64,000 nucleotides of DNA from a virus (Duplodnaviria > Caudoviricetes). The stretch is from IMG/VR virus record IMGVR_UViG_3300037504_000149. One strand, 5' to 3'. Below are positions 57,281 to 64,000 of the stretch, piece by piece. Each line of letters begins with the position of its first letter. Position 1 is the stretch's first letter. Under the pieces are notes generated by a model. It did no database searches and was not told the DNA's origin. It was given only the letters and a program-made list of their open reading frames with translations. A program made the translations under genes and the position numbers.

Positions 57281-58631
57281 AATAACTAAACTACAAACTA
57301 CAGAAGAGTTACAAGAAGAGATAGTAAGGTTGTTATTAAGTAATAAAGTATTTTACTTCAGTGTAAGTAATCATTTACTACCCAAAGCATTTGTCTCGGA
57401 TTATGGAAGAATAATTAGTGCTCTTGTAGCTTATGAAGAAAAGTACCATACTTACCCTTCAGGTAAAGCTTTTAGAGATTTTGCAGATAAATTATTTAGA
57501 TCATATGGTTGGAAGGAAGATAATGTATCTAAACTTATAGAAGTCATACAACAATATCAAGCTAGTGGAACAGAAGATATAGACGAAGAGTCTATAGCTT
57601 ATTATATTCATTTAATTAAACGTCACAAAGCACAACATAATGTAGTAAATATGTTTAGGGAAGCAGGTAGTCTATTAGAAGATCAAACTTCTGACCTTAC
57701 GCAACTTACTACAATGATTTATGATGCTGTAAGTCCTCTGTTGGAGAACGATACAGAGGAAGTAACAGACCTACTAGATCCAGATACACTTAAACAAAAC
57801 TTAGATGAAGTATATTCTAATGAAGAACATAACAAGTATTTCAGAACTGGTATACCAAAAATAGATAATCTTGTTCTGCGAGGTGGATTAAACGAATCAC
57901 AATTAGGAATATTTATAGGTGCTACAGGTTCAGGTAAATCTTTCATGTTGCAAAATTGTGCTTTAATGGGAGCATTAGACGGGTACAAAGTATTACATAT
58001 TAACTGCGAAATGAACAGTAGTAGTATGGTAGATCGCTTCTATCGTGCTATGTCCGCACGTACTCATGAGGAAATTAAAAACGATCTAGATGGTGCGTAC
58101 CAGATACTAGCTAATAATATAAATCTATTCAAGCAAGAATCAGATAGTCAATTAGTTACATGGAAAGCAGCAGAAAATAAATCGATAATGGGTATTGAGA
58201 ATAGATTAAGAAGGGATAAACTAAAGGGTAAAGAATGGGATTTACTAGTTATTGATTATGCTGATGAATTAGTTGAATCTGGTAATTCACAAGATTGGGA
58301 AAAAGTACTTAATGTGTATAGAGGCTTAAAGAGAATAATGGATATATACAAAGTAGGTATATGGACTGCTAGCCAGATGGAGTCTATGGCGGCTGTACAG
58401 ATGGCATTAGGAGAAAGGGATGTAATTACGAGCTATGATCAGGCACATTCAAAACGTAAAGCTTATTACATGGATTATGGTTTTGCAATGAAACAAACTG
58501 CAGAAGAAGATGAATCTGGAAAGATAAGAATCTCTATCACTAAAGCTCGTCACAGTGCTAAAATAAGTGAAGTTGTGATATATAAAGACTTTGATAGAGC
58601 GTCTTTCAAAACTGAAATGGGAGATATATAA
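57261..58631 (+). CDS. dnaB: DnaB-like replicative helicase
   Basis: TGIPKID..L.GG, GATGSGKS, HINCEM, LVIDYAD, WTASQ and KAR motifs. Confidence 0.88.
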   Translation: MWQVVDKITKLQTTEELQEEIVRLLLSNKVFYFSVSNHLLPKAFVSDYGRIISALVAYEEKYHTYPSGKAFRDFADKLFRSYGWKEDNVSKLIEVIQQYQASGTEDIDEESIAYYIHLIKRHKAQHNVVNMFREAGSLLEDQTSDLTQLTTMIYDAVSPLLENDTEEVTDLLDPDTLKQNLDEVYSNEEHNKYFRTGIPKIDNLVLRGGLNESQLGIFIGATGSGKSFMLQNCALMGALDGYKVLHINCEMNSSSMVDRFYRAMSARTHEEIKNDLDGAYQILANNINLFKQESDSQLVTWKAAENKSIMGIENRLRRDKLKGKEWDLLVIDYADELVESGNSQDWEKVLNVYRGLKRIMDIYKVGIWTASQMESMAAVQMALGERDVITSYDQAHSKRKAYYMDYGFAMKQTAEEDESGKIRISITKARHSAKISEVVIYKDFDRASFKTEMGDI

Positions 58632-59188
58632 TGACTGTGTATAATGATTTATCTAATTGTGATAAAACATACAAGACTATATATGCTGACCCACCGTGGA
58701 ATGAAGCAGGTGGAGGTAAAATAAAGCGTGGAGCTGATAAACATTATACTTTAATGAAGACTAAAGATATAATAGCTTTAGCTCCTAAAGTTAAAAATAT
58801 AACACATAATGATGGTGCACATTTATACTTATGGGTAACCAATAATTATCTACTTGATGGGTTAAAAGTTGTAGAAGAATGGGGCTTTAAGTATATTACA
58901 ATGATAACTTGGATGAAAGAACGCATGGGTTTAGGCCAGTATTTTAGAGGAATTACAGAACATTGCATTTTTGCTAGAACGCCTAAGAAAATTCTTCCTT
59001 ATAAAAAACGAGAAGATGGCAAGCGAGCAACTGAAACTACAGGATTTAATGCACCTAAAACAACACACAGTCGTAAACCAGAGGAAATGAGACGGCGTAT
59101 TGAGTCTATTTCACACGCTCCTCGGATTGAGTTGTTTGCACGTAACGTTGTAGATGGTTGGGATTGTTGGGGTAATGAGGTATCTTAA
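58631..59188 (+). CDS. MT-A70-family adenine methyltransferase
   Basis: TIYADPPW, LYLWVTN, WGF.Y, GLGQYFR..TEH, HSRKP, ELFAR, GWDCWGNE. Confidence 0.9.
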   Translation: MTVYNDLSNCDKTYKTIYADPPWNEAGGGKIKRGADKHYTLMKTKDIIALAPKVKNITHNDGAHLYLWVTNNYLLDGLKVVEEWGFKYITMITWMKERMGLGQYFRGITEHCIFARTPKKILPYKKREDGKRATETTGFNAPKTTHSRKPEEMRRRIESISHAPRIELFARNVVDGWDCWGNEVS

Positions 59189-60071
59189 TAAAATAAAGCA
59201 AAAGTTTGATATCGTAAAAGTTGCCCCTAACACGGGGGAAGTACTGTGTCATTGTGACTCAACTGTTTGTATAGATAAAAAACCAGCTCTTTACGCAAAT
59301 GCGAAAACGGGATGGTATTTCTGCCACCGATGTTTACGTAAAGGAAAATTAACTGTAGAAGATTTTGAAGAAACGTTACTTGAACCTTTAACTAAAGAAA
59401 AACCTAAAAGAATTACAGATATAGATATCTATAAAAATGCATTACAGATTAATACTGAATACACGCCACCATATTTTATTAAAGGGTTACATTATTTAGA
59501 AGATAGAGGTTTTAGTTTAAAAGAATTAAAGGAGTATAATGTAAGAATAACTGGTATGGTTAATGGTAAGAAGTATAAAAATCGTATATTATTTCCGTGT
59601 TTTTATCACGGTAAGATGGTGTCATTTATAGCTAGAACTTTTGTGAATGATTCTCCTAAATACTTAATATCTCCCACAATAGATGGTAATGAATATATTT
59701 ACAATTATGACTTAGCAGCTATATCAAAAAACACATTAGTTATTACGGAGGGAGTAGTAGACTCAATTGCTGTTTCTCGACTGGAAAATTTTACAGGTGT
59801 AGGTTTGTTGGGTAAGTTTTTATCTGAAAGAAAATTAGCACATATACGTGATTTGGCTGGAAAAATTCGAGCAAATCGTATATACTTGTTTTACGATGGA
59901 GATGTTCAGCGAAAGATAGTTTATGACACCGCTGCTAAGCTCACTGATTTATATGGGTATAGCAACACTTACATTGTTAAACCACCCCCAGGTAGAGATG
60001 CAGGAGACATGAATCCATCGGAGCTGGAAGAGTTACTTAGTAATAGTCATAATATGTTTTATCTTGTGTAA
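59154..60071 (+). CDS. dnaG: DNA primase (Zn finger + Toprim); likely start 59175
   Basis: C..C...CHRC..KG, YLEDRG, RILFP, PKYL, ITEGVVD, YDGD, DAGD. Confidence 0.85.
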   Translation: MVGIVGVMRYLNKIKQKFDIVKVAPNTGEVLCHCDSTVCIDKKPALYANAKTGWYFCHRCLRKGKLTVEDFEETLLEPLTKEKPKRITDIDIYKNALQINTEYTPPYFIKGLHYLEDRGFSLKELKEYNVRITGMVNGKKYKNRILFPCFYHGKMVSFIARTFVNDSPKYLISPTIDGNEYIYNYDLAAISKNTLVITEGVVDSIAVSRLENFTGVGLLGKFLSERKLAHIRDLAGKIRANRIYLFYDGDVQRKIVYDTAAKLTDLYGYSNTYIVKPPPGRDAGDMNPSELEELLSNSHNMFYLV

Positions 60072-60080
60072 GGAGTTAGT

Positions 60081-63000
60081 ATGAAGCCGGGATATGAGTG
60101 TGAACACTGTAAACGATGTGGTTTAGCGTGTGAAGGTAATCGTAATAACTTTATGCCCATGACTCAGGGTAGTAATTCAAATTCTATTTTAGTAGTAGGA
60201 GAAGCTCCGGGAGCTAACGAGGATCGTATAGGACGACAGTTTGTCGGTAAATCCGGTGAAAAATTACGAGAAATACTAGATGTAGTATTGGATGGTGAGC
60301 ATTCATCTGGTAAAACTATGGATGATGTAGCCTTTACTAATGCTTGTAGATGTAGACCACCTAAGAATGCTACTCCTAGTTTAGTGCAGATAAATGCATG
60401 TAGACATTTCTTGTATCAGGATATACTAGAAGCAGATCCTATATTGTTAATAGCGGTAGGGACTGTTCCTGTAAAAGCCTTAATCAATAAGACAATTAAA
60501 ATTGGAAACACACATGGTACTATAGAACGGGTAAAAGTAACTGGTGTAGATTCAGATGGTGAAGATATAGTTCGTTACTACCCCTGCCTCATCACATACC
60601 ATCCCGCAGCTACTTTTTACAGTAAGCATATAACACCAGAGGATATTGGACGAGACATTATAGCTGGTGTTAATTTGATTAATGTTAAGCAGTCTGGTGT
60701 GGAAACTGATTATGTACTTGTAGACAACGAGCAAAAGCTGGCTAAGTGTAAAAAGGAAATGCTATCAGCCGAATGGATAGCTTTCGATATCGAAACAACA
60801 GGGTTGTCTCCTTTCTTAGATGATGACCCTCGTGTATTAGGAGTATCATTAAGCGTTGCAAAAAACAAAGCTTACTTCATACCTGTTGATCACGATGAGT
60901 CTCCGTGGAAGACTAAAGAGGAAGACTTATTAACAGGTGTAGTTAATAATAATGATTTTATTATAGGGGAGCTTAAGGATATACTTGAGAATGATATACC
61001 TAAAGTTGGTCATAATGTTAAATTTGATTGTATGTATTTAAAAACAGCATTAGATATAAACCCTACTAATGTAGAGTATGATACAATGCTGGCTTATTAT
61101 ATGTTAGATGAGCGTCATAGAGCTACATCACTGAAAGACTTAGCGGTACTTTATACTAATATACCTAATTATGAAGATCCGTTGTATATCTATTTTGATA
61201 AAGAATTAGATGGTAAGCGAGAATTTGGTAAAGTTCCATTAAATGAATTATATAAGTATGCTTGTGGTGATACAGATGCTACACTACAAGTTATGCATAA
61301 ACTAGATAAAGAATTTGAAAACCTTATAGATGATAAACCTTATACTATATTTAAGAATTTGATGATGCCAGCTTCAGATATGTTAGCTGATGTAGAATGT
61401 AATGGTATGCATACTGATTTTGCGTACTTACTTAATGTTCAGCGGCAGTTTGAAGATGCAGAAGATGAATTACGTCGTAGAATATATAAATTTGAAAGTG
61501 TACAGAAATGTGTATTAGAACATCATTCGGTATTTGCCAAGAATACGTTAAAAATTGCCAGGAATATATATGCTTTAGCTGGGCAAAAGTTTACATTACA
61601 TCAAATATATGATACACATAGTAGGATGTTTAATGTAAATAAAGGTACTGCGCCAGATAAAAAAGCTAAATATAAATGTTTACAGAATATATTAGGTATA
61701 AGTGATGAAACTATATCTATATATAAAAAGCAACGACGCGCAAAGTTAAAAGCTGCAAGAAATGAAGTTGCTTATACCGGGGAGGATATAGGTAGTACAG
61801 AGAAAGTAGTTATAACTAAAGAATATATTGATTTTATAGTTGATAACTATAAGGAAGAAGTTAAACTTGGATCATCTACAAAGAAAGCGGAAATTCTATT
61901 TGATTTTGAACGACTACCACCTGTAAGATTCACAGAAGCAGAAGCACGGAGTACGGATAAGAAAACTCTTGAGGAACTGGCTAATGTAGATTCCATGATG
62001 TTAAACGTACTTGAGTATGAAAAATATATAGACGAAGGGATTCTTGATGATGGTGAAGAAATTCGTGGGAGTAAACTAGCATTAATTTTCCTTATCTATA
62101 GTATTGTATTATCTGCTTTAAGTAAGTCATTGCGGACATTACCGAAATTTATAGATGAAGAGGAGAGAGTACATTCTACATTTAATTTAGCGTTTACAGT
62201 TACAGGACGACTATCTTCCTCTAATCCTAACTTACAGAACATTGCTTCTGATAAGAGAGTTAAAAATATATTTTGCGTTCCTGAAGGTTACCAATTGTTA
62301 CAAGCTGACCTTTCGCAGGCTGAGTTGCGTGTACTCGCAGTAACTACTATGGACAAAAATCTTATTGAATTGTATAAACGGGGGGATGATATCCACAGTA
62401 CTGTAGCTTCAGCTATTTTTAATAAGCCACCTCATGAAATTACGAAAGATGAGCGTCGTCGAGCAAAGACACTTAACTTCGGTATGATCTACGGTATGAT
62501 GGAATCAACATACGCTACACGTGCTGGTATATCAATCGATGAAGCGCGTGAAATGTATAATAGATTCTATGGACAGTTTCCAGGTGTTAGTAAATGGCAT
62601 AAGTATGTTGTGTCTAAAGCACAGGATGAAGGTATAGTACGTTCTGTAGTAGGGAGAATAAGACATACATTCGAATCCACACAAGCTATGAATATGCCTA
62701 TTCAGTCTACTGCCAGTGATTTATTTCTCCTTAGCGTTAATGAATTACATCAGTTTATACATAACGAGTGGAAGCATAGTGGAGTGAAGATTGTCAACTT
62801 AGTACACGATGCTGTGTATTTAGAAGTACCTAATCATCTAGTTAAGGAAGCAGCTATTGTAACTAATAAATTTATGGAAACTCCTATGATTCAGTCTATT
62901 GTAGATTCTGGCGTACCAATTGTATCTGACTTAGAATTAGGTGAACGTTGGGGAAGTCTAAAACCACTATGGATAGTTGACCAGGATTCTGATCTATGGA

Positions 63001-63083
63001 ACAATGGAGAGGACACTTATATAAATAACGTAAGGCTAACGGAACATGAAGAGGAAGGATCACTGTACGTAACTACTAAGTAA
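60081..63083 (+). CDS. polA: Family A DNA polymerase with N-terminal family-4 uracil-DNA glycosylase and 3'-5' exonuclease domains
   Basis: UDG: C..C.L, GEAPG..E, FVG.SG, CRPP.N, YHPA. Exonuclease: FDIETTG, HNVKFD, YACGD. Polymerase: TGRLSS.NPNLQN, DLSQAELR, RAKTLNFGMIYG, IQSTASD, VHD. Confidence 0.93.
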   Translation: MKPGYECEHCKRCGLACEGNRNNFMPMTQGSNSNSILVVGEAPGANEDRIGRQFVGKSGEKLREILDVVLDGEHSSGKTMDDVAFTNACRCRPPKNATPSLVQINACRHFLYQDILEADPILLIAVGTVPVKALINKTIKIGNTHGTIERVKVTGVDSDGEDIVRYYPCLITYHPAATFYSKHITPEDIGRDIIAGVNLINVKQSGVETDYVLVDNEQKLAKCKKEMLSAEWIAFDIETTGLSPFLDDDPRVLGVSLSVAKNKAYFIPVDHDESPWKTKEEDLLTGVVNNNDFIIGELKDILENDIPKVGHNVKFDCMYLKTALDINPTNVEYDTMLAYYMLDERHRATSLKDLAVLYTNIPNYEDPLYIYFDKELDGKREFGKVPLNELYKYACGDTDATLQVMHKLDKEFENLIDDKPYTIFKNLMMPASDMLADVECNGMHTDFAYLLNVQRQFEDAEDELRRRIYKFESVQKCVLEHHSVFAKNTLKIARNIYALAGQKFTLHQIYDTHSRMFNVNKGTAPDKKAKYKCLQNILGISDETISIYKKQRRAKLKAARNEVAYTGEDIGSTEKVVITKEYIDFIVDNYKEEVKLGSSTKKAEILFDFERLPPVRFTEAEARSTDKKTLEELANVDSMMLNVLEYEKYIDEGILDDGEEIRGSKLALIFLIYSIVLSALSKSLRTLPKFIDEEERVHSTFNLAFTVTGRLSSSNPNLQNIASDKRVKNIFCVPEGYQLLQADLSQAELRVLAVTTMDKNLIELYKRGDDIHSTVASAIFNKPPHEITKDERRRAKTLNFGMIYGMMESTYATRAGISIDEAREMYNRFYGQFPGVSKWHKYVVSKAQDEGIVRSVVGRIRHTFESTQAMNMPIQSTASDLFLLSVNELHQFIHNEWKHSGVKIVNLVHDAVYLEVPNHLVKEAAIVTNKFMETPMIQSIVDSGVPIVSDLELGERWGSLKPLWIVDQDSDLWNNGEDTYINNVRLTEHEEEGSLYVTTK

Positions 63084-63097
63084 TAAAAGAGGGAAAT

Positions 63098-63565
63098 ATG
63101 TTAGATATCACTAAAGAGAGTATTATAACGGAAGAAGTCTCTGTTGATTATTTTGGTGAAATCATAGAGATGATTGGGAAAACTAAACATCCTGATTGGA
63201 CAATAGACAGGACTAATGTTATAGAAGATATGTTAGACATGCCTAGAGTTATTCAAAAATGGGGAGCTATCTCAGCCCATGCAGATTATGCATATAGTTT
63301 AGCTAAACACTCATTAGAGATAGTAGAAAAATCATTGTTTAGTATTGTGGAGCAAGATTTTAAAGATAAAGGGAAGAAGGTGCTTAAGAAGAGCATTGAA
63401 GGCGCTGTTCTAGAATCAGAAGAGTATCAAGATGCACTGATAGAAAAGTACCGTGCAGAACGACGAGCAGCGCTAGCTAAGGCGTGTTTAAGTGCTGTAT
63501 ATAATAAGCGCGATGTGTTGAAAGAGCTGGCTACACGAGAAAGATACGAAAATAGTGTGCAATAA
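63098..63565 (+). CDS. UvsY-like recombination mediator
   Basis: Helical coiled protein (TIDRTNV...P....WG...A...K.DVL) between the polymerase and SSB genes. Confidence 0.55.
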   Translation: MLDITKESIITEEVSVDYFGEIIEMIGKTKHPDWTIDRTNVIEDMLDMPRVIQKWGAISAHADYAYSLAKHSLEIVEKSLFSIVEQDFKDKGKKVLKKSIEGAVLESEEYQDALIEKYRAERRAALAKACLSAVYNKRDVLKELATRERYENSVQ

Positions 63566-63566
63566 T

Positions 63567-63595
63567 TTGAAATTACCGAAGACTTACGCTATACT
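63567..63595 (+). promoter_or_regulatory. Sigma70-type promoter TTGAAA-N17-TATACT
   Basis: 17-bp spacer; AAGGAG RBS before ATG 63651. Confidence 0.7.
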
Positions 63596-63650
63596 ATAAG
63601 CGTCTGAACTTCCTAAACCGGCCATGAGGCCAAAGCCCAAGGAGAAGTAA

Positions 63651-64000
63651 ATGGACATACAAGAAGATACACGTAGTAAGCTGCTGAGTCGGCTGAATAA
63701 CAGTAAGGGGATGTACGACTCTCAGAGGTCATTTGAGACAGCGAAAGTTCCTTACGACGGAAAAGATCACTACTATGTGATTCTGCCTATGGTAAATGGG
63801 GACATAGGTATACAAGCTAACTTCCACTTCAATTTCCACTATCTTAACGCTAAGAGTAAAAAGGTTTCTATACCCTGTCCTCGCGGCACTAGGCTACACC
63901 TTCCCGATGACACGAGCATGGGTAAGTGTCCTATTTGTGAAGAGTTTTTCAATCTTAAAGATAAGGCAGATCACACTGCTAATCAACAAGAGCGAGAAGC
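63651..64000 (+). CDS. Partial gp32-like single-stranded DNA-binding protein
   Basis: Own translation MDIQEDTRSK...VILP...FHF...CPR...KCPICE (Zn ligands); open to the window end. Confidence 0.65.
   Translation, partial: MDIQEDTRSKLLSRLNNSKGMYDSQRSFETAKVPYDGKDHYYVILPMVNGDIGIQANFHFNFHYLNAKSKKVSIPCPRGTRLHLPDDTSMGKCPICEEFFNLKDKADHTANQQERE

Noticed and set aside
1-64000. Alternative genetic code, tRNA genes, introns or inteins
   Set aside because: Code 11 gives dense, intact genes using TAA, TAG and TGA as stops. No cloverleaf, intein or intron signature was recognised by eye, but tRNAscan and Infernal were not run

Overview
This is a 64-kb, AT-rich segment of a large tailed dsDNA bacteriophage (Caudoviricetes) with a contractile tail, read with standard genetic code 11, Shine-Dalgarno sites and sigma70/sigmaA-type promoters. 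From 1 to about 55.4 kb the minus strand carries the virion module: spike, hub-amidase, tape measure, frameshifted tail chaperone, tube, sheath, neck/adaptor, major capsid, scaffold, putative prohead protease and portal. From about 55.5 kb the plus strand carries replication genes: RuvC-like resolvase, DnaB, MT-A70 methylase, primase, a UDG-PolA fusion, a UvsY-like protein and a gp32-like SSB. A roughly 22-kb accessory region (16.9-38.7 kb) sits among the neck and head genes and holds the most unusual content. (i) Unrelated proteins share a short aromatic terminal motif (N-terminal M-[ILM]-Y-[FL]-[IVT]; C-terminal T-[RK]..Y-[IY]-[YI]), often beside an xTA/KxA site, which suggests a capsid-targeting cargo system. 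(ii) Two ADP-ribosyltransferase-fold paralogues appear circularly permuted. (iii) Two ankyrin arrays with 90-bp repeat units have a near-invariant scaffold and hypervariable binding-face codons. (iv) A tRNA/RNA repair kit comprises a CCA enzyme, a separate headless CCA-HD phosphatase and a DRB0094-type RNA ligase, plus a possible dead CysRS. (v) An inverted operon encodes glycosyltransferases and radical SAM enzymes. All calls come from motifs read by eye and gene context; no database searches were run.
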